DNA of 63,969 bases, filler included, from an uncultured bacterium (GCA_964543115.1; 3 parts of 3 records of this genome joined end to end with filler, not necessarily neighbours in it), one strand, 5' to 3'; numbered from the whole stretch's first letter, positions 52,389-63,615 are shown. The notes: generated by a model not told the origin, from the sequence alone. A program made the numbers and translations.

Positions 52389-55026
52389 ATCCTGCCTGAT
52401 AATTGAAGGGGCCAGACAAAATAACCTTAAAAACATCTCTCTGCGCATTCCCCATGATAAAGTAACCGTCCTTACCGGCGTCAGCGGTGCCGGCAAATCA
52501 TCCCTGGCCATGGATACCATTTTCGCCGAATCCCATACCCGCTATCTGGAATCACTCTCCACCTACAGCCGAATGTTTTTAGAGCGCCTCAACCGGCCGG
52601 CCCTCGATAATATCCGTAATCTGCGTCCGGCCATTGCCCTGGAACAACGCAATCCCGTACGCACCAGCAGGGCTACCGTCGGTACAGTAACAGAAATCTA
52701 CGATTATCTCAGATTGCTATTCGCCAAGGGCGGGACTATTTATTGCCCGAAATGCAAAAAACTTGTTAAAGCAGATTCCGCCGAAAGCGTCTCGGCAAAA
52801 CTATTAGCCGCTTATCCGGGAAAATCCATTCTCATTACTTTCGCCGCTGAAAAAACAGGAGAGCTGCTAAAGAAAGGTTTTGTGCGCGTAAAAAAAGGCA
52901 AGCGCATCTATCATCTGGAAGAAGATAAATTACCGCAGCATCTAACCAGTTTCAAGGTCATCGTTGACCGTCTAGCGCTAAAAAAGAATCAACAAGCCCG
53001 CTTAACAGAATCCCTGGAACTGGCCTTCCGGGAAGGAAACGGCACAATCTGGATAGAGTTTGGGCCCGGGGGAACACGCCGCTTCAGCAGCCGGCTGCAA
53101 TGCCCTCAATGCGGAAAGAAATTTACTCAACCACAACCCCACCAATTCAGTTTCAACCACGCCCTGGGCGCCTGCTCCCGCTGCAAAGGGTTTGGCAACC
53201 TGCTGCTTTATGACCAGGATAAAGTAATCCCTAACCAGAAACTATCCCTGGCCCAGGGAGCCGTAGAACCGTGGACCAAACCCAGTCACAGCTGGTGGTA
53301 CGAATCACTTAGCGGAATCAATCTGCATAAACCATACAATCAACTATCAAAATCCTCCAAACAATATATTAATGAAACACTGGCTGAATTCTTCTCTCTG
53401 CTGGAACGAAAACGCTATAAATTACATGTGCGCGTATTCTTGAGCCGTTACAAAAGCCAGTTTCCCTGCCCGGCCTGTCGGGGCAGCAGACTGCGGCCGG
53501 AAGCCCTCCAGGTAAAAATAAAAGATAAAGATATCCATCAACTTACCAAAATGTCTATTTCCGACGACCTGATTTTTTTCCGGTCAATTAAAACCACGGC
53601 CCTCAACAAAGATATATTAGAAACTATTATCCATAAACTGACCCTGCTCATTAAAGTGGGTCTGGACTACCTTACCCTCAACCGGCAGATCCGCAGCCTG
53701 TCCGGCGGCGAGTCACAGCGGGTCAACCTGGCCCGGCAGCTGGGTCAGGGCCTTGTCGGCACATTATATATTCTCGATGAACCAACCATCGGGCTGCATC
53801 CGCGTGACACAAACAACCTGCTCACAATTCTGCACAGCCTGGCCAGACAAGGTAATACCTTATTAATAGTAGAACATGACCACCAAATAATTAACAATGC
53901 TGATCACCTTATTCAACTGGGACCAGGAGCCGGTGAGTATGGCGGCCGGATCACTTACAGCGGCAGCGCGAAAAAAAATCCACTAACACTGCCGGAAATC
54001 CCCCTGCCTTCGGCCCGCCGGTATAATCCCCGCTCCTGCCTCCGGCTAAACGGCGCGCGCCTGCACAATCTAAAAAACATCAATATCAGTTTCCCCCTGG
54101 GCACATTTATTTGCGTAACCGGCGTATCCGGCTCCGGAAAAAGCTCACTTATTTACGATACGCTTTATAACGCCCTGGCCCGGGAATTCCGGCAACCGGC
54201 AAAACGCCCCGGCCCCTACAAAGAGATCCGCGGCCTAAAAAGCCTGCGGGGCGTAAGACTCATAGACCAGGAACCTATCAGCCGCTCACTAAAATCCAAT
54301 CCCGCCACCTATATCGGCGTCTTCAGTGATATTCGCAGGCTCTTTGCCGCAACCACCGCCGCCCAGCTGGCCGGACTAACCGGCAGCAGTTTTTCTTTTA
54401 ATACCGGTAACGGCCGCTGTCCGGCCTGTGAAGGCAACGGCCTGCAAAAAATTGAAATGTACTTTCTTGCCGACCTCTACAGCCGCTGCCCAGAATGCGA
54501 CGGCAAACGCTATCGAAAAGAAACGTTAAAAGTTACTTATCAGGGAAAAAACATAGCTGAAGTACTTCAGCTAACCATCGCCCAAGCCCAAGAATTTTTC
54601 GCGGACACAAAAACCATCAGGAACAAACTTAAGCTGCTTATCCAGGTCGGTTTAGGCTATCTCCGGCTGGGCCAGCCCTTTTCCACCCTTTCCGGCGGAG
54701 AAGCCCAACGCCTAAAAATCGCCGCTGAACTCAGCACAAAAGAAATAAAGGACCACCTTTTTATCCTGGACGAACCAACCACCGGACTTGCCCTGCAGGA
54801 CATAAAAACACTACTCAGCGTTCTCAACCGGCTGGTGGACCAGGGAAACACCGTCATCGTTATCGAACACAACCTGGACGTAATCAAAACCGCCGATTAC
54901 ATTATCGACCTCGGCCCGGAAGGCGGCGCCCAGGGCGGCCGGATCGTGGCCAGCGGCCCGCCGGAAGAAATAATTAAAAACAAAAAATCCCTTACCGGCA
55001 AATTCCTGCGGAAATATCTTGCCTAA
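52375..55026 (+). CDS. uvrA: Second, shorter UvrA paralog
   Basis: Two ABC ATPase domains ([32 protein letters not shown]), zinc fingers, short insertion domain; start uncertain (TTG 52375 or 52354). Confidence 0.9.
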   Translation: MRTNKSCLIIEGARQNNLKNISLRIPHDKVTVLTGVSGAGKSSLAMDTIFAESHTRYLESLSTYSRMFLERLNRPALDNIRNLRPAIALEQRNPVRTSRATVGTVTEIYDYLRLLFAKGGTIYCPKCKKLVKADSAESVSAKLLAAYPGKSILITFAAEKTGELLKKGFVRVKKGKRIYHLEEDKLPQHLTSFKVIVDRLALKKNQQARLTESLELAFREGNGTIWIEFGPGGTRRFSSRLQCPQCGKKFTQPQPHQFSFNHALGACSRCKGFGNLLLYDQDKVIPNQKLSLAQGAVEPWTKPSHSWWYESLSGINLHKPYNQLSKSSKQYINETLAEFFSLLERKRYKLHVRVFLSRYKSQFPCPACRGSRLRPEALQVKIKDKDIHQLTKMSISDDLIFFRSIKTTALNKDILETIIHKLTLLIKVGLDYLTLNRQIRSLSGGESQRVNLARQLGQGLVGTLYILDEPTIGLHPRDTNNLLTILHSLARQGNTLLIVEHDHQIINNADHLIQLGPGAGEYGGRITYSGSAKKNPLTLPEIPLPSARRYNPRSCLRLNGARLHNLKNINISFPLGTFICVTGVSGSGKSSLIYDTLYNALAREFRQPAKRPGPYKEIRGLKSLRGVRLIDQEPISRSLKSNPATYIGVFSDIRRLFAATTAAQLAGLTGSSFSFNTGNGRCPACEGNGLQKIEMYFLADLYSRCPECDGKRYRKETLKVTYQGKNIAEVLQLTIAQAQEFFADTKTIRNKLKLLIQVGLGYLRLGQPFSTLSGGEAQRLKIAAELSTKEIKDHLFILDEPTTGLALQDIKTLLSVLNRLVDQGNTVIVIEHNLDVIKTADYIIDLGPEGGAQGGRIVASGPPEEIIKNKKSLTGKFLRKYLA

Positions 55027-55056
55027 CTATATATATTTCTGTTAAATTAATAAATT

Positions 55057-56727
55057 ATGAACGAATACCTTGTTATCGCCCGTAAATACAGACCACAGCA
55101 GTTTAAAGACGTTACCGGTCAGACCCACGTTACCACCACCCTGACCAATGCCATCACCAGCGGACGTATTGCCCATGCCTATCTATTCAGCGGCACCAAA
55201 GGGATCGGCAAAACCACCATCGCCCGGATAATGGCCAAGGCCCTCAACTGCCACAGCGCAAATAAACCCACACCCACCCCCTGTGATAAATGCACCTCCT
55301 GCACCGAAATAAAAAGAGGAATGTCCATGGATGTTCTGGAAATAGACGGAGCAAGCAACCGGGGTATTGATGAGATCAGACAACTGCGGGAAAACGTGCG
55401 TTTGGCCCCGGCCGGCAACCGCTTCAAGATCTACATAATTGACGAAGTGCACATGTTGACCACCGAAGCCTTTAACGCCCTGCTTAAAACCCTGGAAGAA
55501 CCACCGGCACACGTAAAATTTTTCTTTGCCACCACCGCGCCGGAAAAACTACCCGCAACCATTATCAGCCGCTGCCAGCGTTTCAATCTGCACATGCTTT
55601 CCAACCAACTTATTGTCGAGCGCCTGCAGCATATTACCAAGAATGAAAAAATCGAGATCGGCAAAGAATCCCTTTATACCGTTGCCCGTTATGCCAACGG
55701 CAGTATGCGGGACGCCGAATCCACCCTGGACAAGCTGATCGCCTACAGCGGCAAGAAACTTCTCCACCAGGACGTGCTCAACATCCTGGGTATAGTCGAT
55801 CTTGATATCCTCTTTGACATCTCTCAATGCGTGATTGATTCCAATATAGAAAAAGCCATCAGCACCGTCACCCAGGTCTTTCAGGGCGGTAAGAATCTGG
55901 GCCAGTTTGTACTTGATTTAACCACCCATTTCCGTAACATCCTCCTCGCCAAACAATCCGCCGAAATCCACAAACTAATTGACTTGTCAGCTGAGGACAT
56001 CAGCCGCGTAATAACACTCGGCAAAAATTTTTCCCAGTCCCAGCTGCTGGTAATAATTAATATCCTTACCCGGCTGCAGAATGAACTAAAATGGTCCTTA
56101 TCCAAACGTATTGCCCTGGAAGTCGGCATAATTAATATTGTGCGCAGCAGAAAAAAGATCAGCCTGGACCAATTAATCGACCGGCTGGCGGAAATCGAAC
56201 AAAATCTGCTGGCAACCCCGGACACAGTTTCAGCTGAGTCTGCAGCCGCACCCACGCCCGCTCCCGCTGCGCGAAAACAACACAATCCCGCACCCGCAGT
56301 ATCCGCGCCGGTAAAAGCACCCGCACCAGCGGCTCAGCCTAAAATCGCCGGCACAGAGACCTTAGCTCAGGTTCAGGGTTTCTGGAAAGAGATTCTTAAC
56401 AATCTGGGAAAACGCCGTCCCGTGCTAAAAACCTATCTGGCAGAAGGAAAAATAAGCGGTCTGAAAAAGAACACCCTGATAATTAACTTTACTCCTGATT
56501 GCAGCCTGCACCAGGAAACTCTCAGCCAAAAAGGCAATAAAGAAATAATCGAAAAACAGATCGAAGAAAGAATCGGAAATCAGCTAAAAGTAGAATTTGT
56601 CATTTCAGAGAAAATCACACCGGCCAACAAAGAAGAACGGCCCGCGGCAAGAGTAGGCAAAGATCCGCTGGTGGAAAAAGCCCAGCGCCTTTTCGGCGCC
56701 AAAATCATCAACATCAAACAAAAATAG
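55057..56727 (+). CDS. dnaX: DNA polymerase III subunit gamma/tau
   Basis: ARKYRPQ, GTKGIGKT, zinc motif, IIDEVHML, LKTLEEPP, Pro/Ala linker and tau C-terminal domain. Confidence 0.97.
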   Translation: MNEYLVIARKYRPQQFKDVTGQTHVTTTLTNAITSGRIAHAYLFSGTKGIGKTTIARIMAKALNCHSANKPTPTPCDKCTSCTEIKRGMSMDVLEIDGASNRGIDEIRQLRENVRLAPAGNRFKIYIIDEVHMLTTEAFNALLKTLEEPPAHVKFFFATTAPEKLPATIISRCQRFNLHMLSNQLIVERLQHITKNEKIEIGKESLYTVARYANGSMRDAESTLDKLIAYSGKKLLHQDVLNILGIVDLDILFDISQCVIDSNIEKAISTVTQVFQGGKNLGQFVLDLTTHFRNILLAKQSAEIHKLIDLSAEDISRVITLGKNFSQSQLLVIINILTRLQNELKWSLSKRIALEVGIINIVRSRKKISLDQLIDRLAEIEQNLLATPDTVSAESAAAPTPAPAARKQHNPAPAVSAPVKAPAPAAQPKIAGTETLAQVQGFWKEILNNLGKRRPVLKTYLAEGKISGLKKNTLIINFTPDCSLHQETLSQKGNKEIIEKQIEERIGNQLKVEFVISEKITPANKEERPAARVGKDPLVEKAQRLFGAKIINIKQK

Positions 56728-56734
56728 CAATTCC

Positions 56735-56785
56735 ATGCAGGAGGTCAGACCTCCTACATCATGTAGGAGGTCTGACCTCCTGCAT
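56735..56785. repeat. 25-bp perfect inverted repeat with internally palindromic arms (GTAG-REP-like doublet)
   Basis: ATGCAGGAGGTCAGACCTCCTACAT-C-ATGTAGGAGGTCTGACCTCCTGCAT. Confidence 0.9.
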
Positions 56786-56811
56786 AAGGAGAGTGTCTAA
56801 AAACTGGACAA

Positions 56812-57414
56812 ATGCAAAATTATCCTGAATCACTTACTAATCTGATAGATCAGTTAAAGAAACTGCCGGGTATCGGCAGTAAAAGTGCCGAACGTATTGC
56901 CCTTTACCTGCTGGCCGCAAACGGGCAGGAAGCGGACAAACTCAGTCAGGCAATAACCGAGCTTAAAACCCGCATTTGTTACTGCCGGCAGTGCTACAAT
57001 TTCAGTGAAGGAGACCTCTGTAATATCTGCGGTAACTCCAACCGCGATCAGCATACCATTTGCGTTGTGGAATACCCCAAAGACGTACAGGCAATGGAAA
57101 AAACAAAAAACTATAAGGGCCTTTACCATGTTCTTCTGGGTAAAATTTCTCCCCTGGAAGGCATCAGCCCTGACAAACTCAAAATAAAAGAATTATTCAA
57201 GAGGATTCAAGACAAAAATCCCGCTGAAATCATCCTGGCCACCAGCGCGGATGTGGAAGGCGAAGCCACCGCCCTTTACCTTGCCAAAATGGCCAAAAAC
57301 CTGCCGGTAAAAATTACCCGCATAGCCTATGGCATTCCCGTAGGCATCTCTCTGGAATTCGCCGATGAAATGACCCTGATGCGCGCCCTCCAGGGTCGGC
57401 AGGCAGTCTGCTAG
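56812..57414 (+). CDS. recR: Recombination mediator RecR
   Basis: LPGIGSKSAER HhH, C4 zinc finger, ICVVE, YHVL.G, EGEATA Toprim. Confidence 0.97.
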   Translation: MQNYPESLTNLIDQLKKLPGIGSKSAERIALYLLAANGQEADKLSQAITELKTRICYCRQCYNFSEGDLCNICGNSNRDQHTICVVEYPKDVQAMEKTKNYKGLYHVLLGKISPLEGISPDKLKIKELFKRIQDKNPAEIILATSADVEGEATALYLAKMAKNLPVKITRIAYGIPVGISLEFADEMTLMRALQGRQAVC

Positions 57415-57433
57415 AAACCAAGTAACTTAATCC

Positions 57434-57463
57434 TTGACGCTCTCACGTAATATTTGTTAGACT
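57434..57463 (+). promoter_or_regulatory. Sigma70 promoter of the por operon
   Basis: TTGACG-18 nt-TAGACT with TGn; AAGGAG RBS downstream. Confidence 0.5.
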
Positions 57464-57495
57464 ACCACTTTCTTAGAGCAAGAAAGGAGTTTTAA

Positions 57496-58059
57496 ATGAT
57501 CGAAATACGGTTTCACGGCCGCGGCGGACAGGGAGCCAAAACCGCTTCTATGTTTCTCGCCGAAGCAGCTTTAGATAAAGGAAAATACATTCAAGCCTTT
57601 CCTGAATACGGCCCTGAACGCGCCGGTGCTCCAATCAAGGCTTTTACCAGAATTAACGAACAACCAATTAACATCCATTCCGGCGTAACCAACCCTGAAG
57701 TAGTTGTAGTTATCGATCCAACCCTCTTAGATGTAGTAGATGTAACCGAAGGTTTGGGCCAAGATGGAGTGCTGATTGTAAATACCCTCCTCTCCCCGCA
57801 GGAAATCCGGGAAAAAACAAAATATAAACAGGGAAAAGTATTCACCGTTGATGCCACCCAGATTGCCATGGACACCATTGGTCTTCCCCTGCCCAACACC
57901 TCCATGCTGGGCGCGCTTATTAAGGCAACGAACCTGGTTGACATCAAAGACATAGAAGAAAAAACAAAAGATAAATTCCTCAAGAAAATCGGCGAAAAGA
58001 AAACCCAGGGAAACATTGACAGTATTCATCAAGCTTACGAAAAAGTACAGGTAGGATAA
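57496..58059 (+). CDS. porC: Pyruvate:ferredoxin oxidoreductase gamma subunit
   Basis: EIRFHGRGGQGA, FPEYGPERAGAP, NTSMLGA. Confidence 0.94.
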   Translation: MIEIRFHGRGGQGAKTASMFLAEAALDKGKYIQAFPEYGPERAGAPIKAFTRINEQPINIHSGVTNPEVVVVIDPTLLDVVDVTEGLGQDGVLIVNTLLSPQEIREKTKYKQGKVFTVDATQIAMDTIGLPLPNTSMLGALIKATNLVDIKDIEEKTKDKFLKKIGEKKTQGNIDSIHQAYEKVQVG

Positions 58060-58061
58060 CC

Positions 58062-58337
58062 ATGACACAGAAAGGCTGGAAAGAACTGGCTATTGGCGGC
58101 ATTATTGATCAGCCGGGCACTGCCGAAGAATATCATACTGGCGGCTGGCGTAATTTTAAACCGATTCGTGACGAACAGAGATGCACCAACTGCCTGCTCT
58201 GCTGGATGCATTGCCCGGATACGGCAATAACAGCCGAAGACGGTAAATTCAAGGAATTTGATTTACGCTACTGTAAAGGTTGCGGTATCTGTGCCTATAT
58301 CTGCCCCGTAAAATGTATTGAAATGAAAAAGGAGTAA
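58062..58337 (+). CDS. porD: Pyruvate:ferredoxin oxidoreductase delta subunit (2x 4Fe-4S)
   Basis: TGGWR, CTNCLLCWMHCP, YCKGCGICAYICP. Confidence 0.94.
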   Translation: MTQKGWKELAIGGIIDQPGTAEEYHTGGWRNFKPIRDEQRCTNCLLCWMHCPDTAITAEDGKFKEFDLRYCKGCGICAYICPVKCIEMKKE

Positions 58338-58339
58338 CC

Positions 58340-59542
58340 ATGGCAGCGAAGCAGTGCTTTAGTACTAAAACCACCGTGGCCCAAAAAATAGCCTTAACCG
58401 GAGATGAAGCAGCAGCAGAAGCCATGCGTCAAATCAATCCTGACGTGGTTGCCGCTTATCCGATTACCCCGCAGACAGAAACCGTGATGACCTTTGCCCA
58501 GTTTGTCGCTGACGGTAAAGTAACCACCGAAATGATCCCGGTAGAAAGCGAACACAGCGCCATGAGCGCGGTAGTGGGTTCTGCCTGTGGCGGCGCCCGC
58601 ACCATGACTGCCACCAGTTCACAGGGCCTAGCCCTGATGCATGAAATACTCTATATTGCCGCTTCCCTGCGGCTGCCCGTTGTCATGCCGGTAATCAACC
58701 GCGCCCTCTCCGGCAATATCAACATCCACTGTGACCACTCCGATACCATGGGCTCCCGCGACAGCGGCTGGATCCAGCTCTATTGTGAAAATGCCCAGGA
58801 AGTATATGAATCTATTATTTTCGCCATGCGCGTTGCGGAACATCCGGAAATTCAACTACCGGTCATGGTCTGCCAGGACGGTTTTATTACCAGTCACGCC
58901 GTTGAAGGAATAGAGATTTTCACAGACGAACAAGTAAAGACCTTTATCGGCGAATACAAAGCCCGCCGCCCCCTGCTGGATACCGACAATCCCATTACCA
59001 TCGGCCCCCTAGACCTGCAGGATTATTATTTTGAACATAAACGCAGCCAGATAGAAGCCGTCAACAACTCCAAAAAACATATTGCTGAGGTATTTTCTCA
59101 GTTCGAGAAATTCTCCGGCAAAAAATACTCATTCATTCAGACTTATCAGCTGGAAGACGCGGACCAGGCGATTATCGTTCTTAGTTCCACCGCCGGCACA
59201 ACCAAGACAGTAGTCGATAAACTCCGTGCCGAAGGAAAAAAGGTGGGTTTAATTAAACCTTATCTCTATCGGCCGTTTCCGGCGGAAGAATTGAAAGAAC
59301 TCGCTAATGGCCTAAAATCCATTGCTATCCTCGACCGGGCGGAATCTTTCTCCGGCCACGGCGGCCCGTTGTACAATGAAATCCGTTCGGCCCTGTATGG
59401 CCTGGAAACTAAACCCAGAATAATCAATTACATTTTCGGACTCGGCGGGAAAGATATTTTCCCCGCGGAAATAGAGAACGTATATCAAGATCTTATTGAA
59501 GGCACCGGTGATCCTGTAAATTACCTTGGTGTCCGGGAGTAA
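58340..59542 (+). CDS. porA: Pyruvate:ferredoxin oxidoreductase alpha subunit
   Basis: AAYPITPQT, VESEHSA, ATSSQG, NRALS. Confidence 0.95.
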   Translation: MAAKQCFSTKTTVAQKIALTGDEAAAEAMRQINPDVVAAYPITPQTETVMTFAQFVADGKVTTEMIPVESEHSAMSAVVGSACGGARTMTATSSQGLALMHEILYIAASLRLPVVMPVINRALSGNINIHCDHSDTMGSRDSGWIQLYCENAQEVYESIIFAMRVAEHPEIQLPVMVCQDGFITSHAVEGIEIFTDEQVKTFIGEYKARRPLLDTDNPITIGPLDLQDYYFEHKRSQIEAVNNSKKHIAEVFSQFEKFSGKKYSFIQTYQLEDADQAIIVLSSTAGTTKTVVDKLRAEGKKVGLIKPYLYRPFPAEELKELANGLKSIAILDRAESFSGHGGPLYNEIRSALYGLETKPRIINYIFGLGGKDIFPAEIENVYQDLIEGTGDPVNYLGVRE

Positions 59543-59546
59543 CCTA

Positions 59547-60464
59547 ATGGCTAGCATTAAAGAACTATCAAAACAACCAGAACGTCTCAGCGGCGGCCAC
59601 CGGCTCTGTGCCGGCTGCGGTGCCTCTATTGCCGTGCGGATGATATTTATGGCCACAAAAGATCCCGTAGTAGTTGGCGCAGCTACGGGGTGCCTGGAAG
59701 TAGCCACTACTATTTTTCCCTATACCGCCTGGAAAGTTCCTTTCATCCATAATGCCTTTGAAAACGTCGCTGCCACCATGAGCGGAGTGGAAACAGCCTA
59801 TCGTGCCCTTAAAAAGAAGGGAAAAATCAAGAAAGAGATTAAATTCGTTGCCTTTGGCGGAGACGGCGGCACCTATGATATCGGCCTGCAGTCACTTTCC
59901 GGCATGCTGGAACGCGGCCACAATGTACTCTATGTCTGCTATAATAATGAAGCATATATGAATACCGGCATCCAGCGGTCCAGCGCCACCCCCTGCGGGG
60001 CCTCCACAACCACCGCCCCGGCCGGTAAGGTAATTCCCGGAAAACCGCAAATGCGTAAGGACCTGACGGCCATCATTGCCGCCCATAATATCCCTTACGC
60101 CGCCCAGGCCACTATTTCACACTGGAACGATCTAATCACTAAATCCCAAAAGGCCTTTGCCGTAGACGGTCCGGCATTTCTTAACGTACTCAGCCCCTGC
60201 CATCGCGGCTGGCGTTATCCCATGGAAAACACCGTGGGTATCGCTAAACTCGCCGTGGAAACCGGTTTCTGGCCGCTCTATGAGGTAGAAAACGGCAACT
60301 GGAAAATGACAGTTAAAGTCCGCCAGAAAAAACCGATCAGCGAATTGCTAAAGATTCAAGGCAGATTCAAACACCTCTTCAAACCGGGCAACGAACACAT
60401 CATTAACAGCATCCAGGAAGATACTGACAGAAACCTGGCCAAACTAGAAAAACTCTGTGGTTAG
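59547..60464 (+). CDS. porB: Pyruvate:ferredoxin oxidoreductase beta subunit
   Basis: GHRLCAGCG, TGCLEV, GGDGG TPP-binding motif, YMNTGIQRS. Confidence 0.95.
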   Translation: MASIKELSKQPERLSGGHRLCAGCGASIAVRMIFMATKDPVVVGAATGCLEVATTIFPYTAWKVPFIHNAFENVAATMSGVETAYRALKKKGKIKKEIKFVAFGGDGGTYDIGLQSLSGMLERGHNVLYVCYNNEAYMNTGIQRSSATPCGASTTTAPAGKVIPGKPQMRKDLTAIIAAHNIPYAAQATISHWNDLITKSQKAFAVDGPAFLNVLSPCHRGWRYPMENTVGIAKLAVETGFWPLYEVENGNWKMTVKVRQKKPISELLKIQGRFKHLFKPGNEHIINSIQEDTDRNLAKLEKLCG

Positions 60465-60470
60465 CGGTTA

Positions 60471-60848
60471 ATGGAAATAATAAACTGCCACCAGACAGAT
60501 CCCTTTACCACCAAAGACGGCTCCCAAATCCGTAAAATCCTGGAACCATCCAATTCCTCCATAAAGAATCAAAGTGTGGCCGAAGCCACCCTGCCCCCGG
60601 GTAAGACAACAGAAGAGCATTATCATCCGGGTTCAGAAGAAATCTACTATATCCTTTCCGGCACCGGTGAAATTAAAGTAGACAATGAATCCGCCGCCGT
60701 TAAACCATATGACGGAATCGCCATCCTTCCCGGCAAACGCCATCAAATTACCAATACCGGCACGACACCATTGGTCTTCCTCTGCTGCTGCGCCCCGGCA
60801 TATACTCATGAAGATACTATAATTACTGAACCTCACCAGGAAACATAG
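60471..60848 (+). CDS. Cupin domain protein
   Basis: HYH...EEIYYILSG.G...H.I.N. Confidence 0.9.
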   Translation: MEIINCHQTDPFTTKDGSQIRKILEPSNSSIKNQSVAEATLPPGKTTEEHYHPGSEEIYYILSGTGEIKVDNESAAVKPYDGIAILPGKRHQITNTGTTPLVFLCCCAPAYTHEDTIITEPHQET

Positions 60849-60878
60849 CACTAAAAAAATCTCAAAGGACAAAACATT

Positions 60879-62417
60879 ATGCCCTACACAAAAAAGACTT
60901 CCCTCTTCGTTAAAGGCGACATTGACGGCTTCTTTGGCCTGATGATCGATAACCTGATCCAATTAATCCTTATCGGCATCCTCTGCACCACCTTACTAAA
61001 AATGCCCCACTCCTTGATTTTCGGCACTATCCTGCCTGGCGCCGCCCTATCCATATTATTCGGCAACCTTTTTTACGCCTGGCAAGCACGCAAACTGGCC
61101 CGGAAAACCGGCCGCACTGACGTTACCGCCCTACCCTACGGCATTAACACCGTCAGTCTGTTTGCTTTTATCTTATTTATTATGCTGCCCGTCTACCAAC
61201 AGACAAAAGATCCCTATTTCGCCTGGCGGGTTGGTCTGGCGGCCTGTTTTTTAAGCGGAGTAATTGAATTTGCCGGCGCCTTTCTTGCCGCTAAAATCCG
61301 TAAATACACCCCCCGGGCCGCCCTCTTGAGCGCCCTGGCTGGAATCGCCATTACCTTTATCTCCATGGATTTTATGCTTAAAACATTCCAGAAACCCCTG
61401 ATTGCCATACTGCCCCTGGGCATAATTTTAGTTCATTATTTCGCCAAAATCAGATTTCCCGGCAACATCCCCGGCGGCCTCCTAGCCATCATTATCGGCA
61501 CCCTGCTCGCCTGGCTCACCGGCAATATGACAAACACCAATCTAAGCACAGTATCAATTCACCTGTCGCCGCCAAAACCAACAATATTTGCCCTGTTTAC
61601 CACCTTAACAGACGGCACCGCCTGGAAATACCTATCAATAATCATTCCCATGGGTATTTTTAACGTTATCGGCTCCCTACAAAATCTGGAAAGCGCTGAA
61701 GCTGCCGGCGATAAATATCCCAATTTCAGTTCCCTAGCCGTAAACGGGCTCGGGTCAATGCTAGCCAGTTGTTTCGGCTCCACCTTCCCCACAACCATCT
61801 ATATCGGTCATCCCGGCTGGAAACAAATGGGTGCCCGCACAGGTTATTCGATTCTTAACGGAATATTTATTGCCCTGCTTTGTTTTACCGGCCTGACATT
61901 TATTCTTAACATCATTCCCTTAGAAGCGGGTATGGGCATACTCTTATGGATCGGCGTTATTATCGTTGTCCAGGCATTCGGCGAAGTCCCCAAACAGCAC
62001 ATGCCCGCAGTAGCCATCGGCCTCTTCCCCGCCCTCGCCGCCTGGGGCTTAATCTTAATTCAGAATACCTTAATTGCGGTAAAAACCAGCCTCTATAACG
62101 TATATCAACCACTGAATAATGTTATCGCGTTAAACGGCTTAATCTCCCTGGAAAGAGGTTTTATCTTTAGCTCCATGATCCTCGCCGCCATTTCTGTATT
62201 TCTGCTGGACCGTAAATTCCTCAAAGCCACTATCTGGGCCCTCGTTGCTTCCCTCCTGGCCTACGTTGGCATCATCCACTCATTTAAACTGGTTCCCGCG
62301 GGCCTGCTCTATGACTTCCGAATTTATGCCGCTCCCAAATTCGCCATCACCTACGTGTGTTTGGCACTACTGTTTTTTGTCTTTCACATTTATTCGCAGC
62401 GACTAAAAGATAAATGA
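60879..62417 (+). CDS. NCS2/AzgA-like permease
   Basis: GDIDGFFGL, ALPYGINT, PTTIYIGHPGWK; about 13 TM helices. Confidence 0.82.
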   Translation: MPYTKKTSLFVKGDIDGFFGLMIDNLIQLILIGILCTTLLKMPHSLIFGTILPGAALSILFGNLFYAWQARKLARKTGRTDVTALPYGINTVSLFAFILFIMLPVYQQTKDPYFAWRVGLAACFLSGVIEFAGAFLAAKIRKYTPRAALLSALAGIAITFISMDFMLKTFQKPLIAILPLGIILVHYFAKIRFPGNIPGGLLAIIIGTLLAWLTGNMTNTNLSTVSIHLSPPKPTIFALFTTLTDGTAWKYLSIIIPMGIFNVIGSLQNLESAEAAGDKYPNFSSLAVNGLGSMLASCFGSTFPTTIYIGHPGWKQMGARTGYSILNGIFIALLCFTGLTFILNIIPLEAGMGILLWIGVIIVVQAFGEVPKQHMPAVAIGLFPALAAWGLILIQNTLIAVKTSLYNVYQPLNNVIALNGLISLERGFIFSSMILAAISVFLLDRKFLKATIWALVASLLAYVGIIHSFKLVPAGLLYDFRIYAAPKFAITYVCLALLFFVFHIYSQRLKDK

Positions 62418-63106
62418 ATAAGATAATTCAGAAAATCGGCCATCGCGGCGCCTGCGGCTACGAACCGGAAAACACCCTAAAATCATTCCGCAAGGCCCTG
62501 GAACTGGGAACGGACATCATTGAACTTGATATTCGGCTCTGTAAAACCAGCGAAATCGTCGTCATCCATGATGAAACAGTTGACCGCACCACCAACGGCC
62601 AGGGCTACGTAGCAGCCTTGAGTTTAACCGAATTACATTCACTGGATGCCGGTAAAGGCCAACGCATCCCCACACTGAAAGAGGTACTGAGACTAATCAA
62701 TAAAAAAATACAAATAAACATTGAAATAAAGGATCCCTTAACCGTTGAACCTCTGGCCCAAATGCTAACGGAATACATTAGCAAGCGCCATTGGCGATAC
62801 GATCATTTTCTAGTGTCTTCATTTGACCACACTTGTTTAAAAAAGTTACATGAATTAAATCCAGAGATCAACATAGGAATACTAATCACCAAAATCCCTC
62901 CGGGCCTAAAAACCCTGGCCAGACAACTAAACGCCTATTCCATAAATATCTCTAAAGACTACATCACCCCGGCCTTTACCAAACAGATGCAGGCCAGAGG
63001 CCATAAAATCTTTGTCTGGACAGTAGACAATTATAAGACAATAAACAAAATGAAAAAAATGGGCGTAGACGGCATCGCCTCCAACTTCCCGGACAGACTA
63101 AATTAA
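62414..63106 (+). CDS. Glycerophosphodiester phosphodiesterase
   Basis: GHRGA, PENTL, ELDI, VVIHD, NIEIK, VSSF, VWTV, DGIASN. Confidence 0.94.
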   Translation: MNKIIQKIGHRGACGYEPENTLKSFRKALELGTDIIELDIRLCKTSEIVVIHDETVDRTTNGQGYVAALSLTELHSLDAGKGQRIPTLKEVLRLINKKIQINIEIKDPLTVEPLAQMLTEYISKRHWRYDHFLVSSFDHTCLKKLHELNPEINIGILITKIPPGLKTLARQLNAYSINISKDYITPAFTKQMQARGHKIFVWTVDNYKTINKMKKMGVDGIASNFPDRLN

Positions 63107-63150
63107 AAGATATTCTCCAACATAGAAAGATTTAAATGAATTTCACCACT

Positions 63151-63606
63151 ATGAAAAAACAAATAAAAATTCTGACAATTCTTATACTTATCGCAATTCC
63201 CACCTTCTCCCCGGCAGAAGACATTCCCCGGGCTATTCCCGTTTATATGACCCAGGAAGAGATCATCGAACTGTCCCAGGCCGGCCTGTCTCCTGAAGTC
63301 ATTATCAGCCAGATAAAAGCAACTGGAACAAGATTTGACCTTTCTACTGAAGAAATAATCGCACTAAAAGAGGCTGGAGTAGATGAAAAAGTAATCAACT
63401 CCATGATAAAAAGCGGCGCCCCCATTCCCAGAGCCATCCTTGTAGAAGATCCTCCCAGAGTTAGAGTTAGCTATTATTACAGTTCTGGCCCCTGGTATGA
63501 TCCTTGGTACGATCCCTGGTATGATGACTGGTGGTACTATCGGCCCTACTGGCGCCGTCACTACTGGCGCCGCCGTCGGGGCTTTGGCTACCGTTATTGG
63601 GACTAA
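63151..63606 (+). CDS. Hypothetical secreted protein (two short helical repeats plus a W/Y/R-rich tail)
   Basis: Signal peptide; EEIIELSQAGLS / EEIIALKEAGVD repeats; PWYDPWYDPWYDDWWYY tail. Confidence 0.75.
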   Translation: MKKQIKILTILILIAIPTFSPAEDIPRAIPVYMTQEEIIELSQAGLSPEVIISQIKATGTRFDLSTEEIIALKEAGVDEKVINSMIKSGAPIPRAILVEDPPRVRVSYYYSSGPWYDPWYDPWYDDWWYYRPYWRRHYWRRRRGFGYRYWD

Positions 63607-63615
63607 GACTAATCC

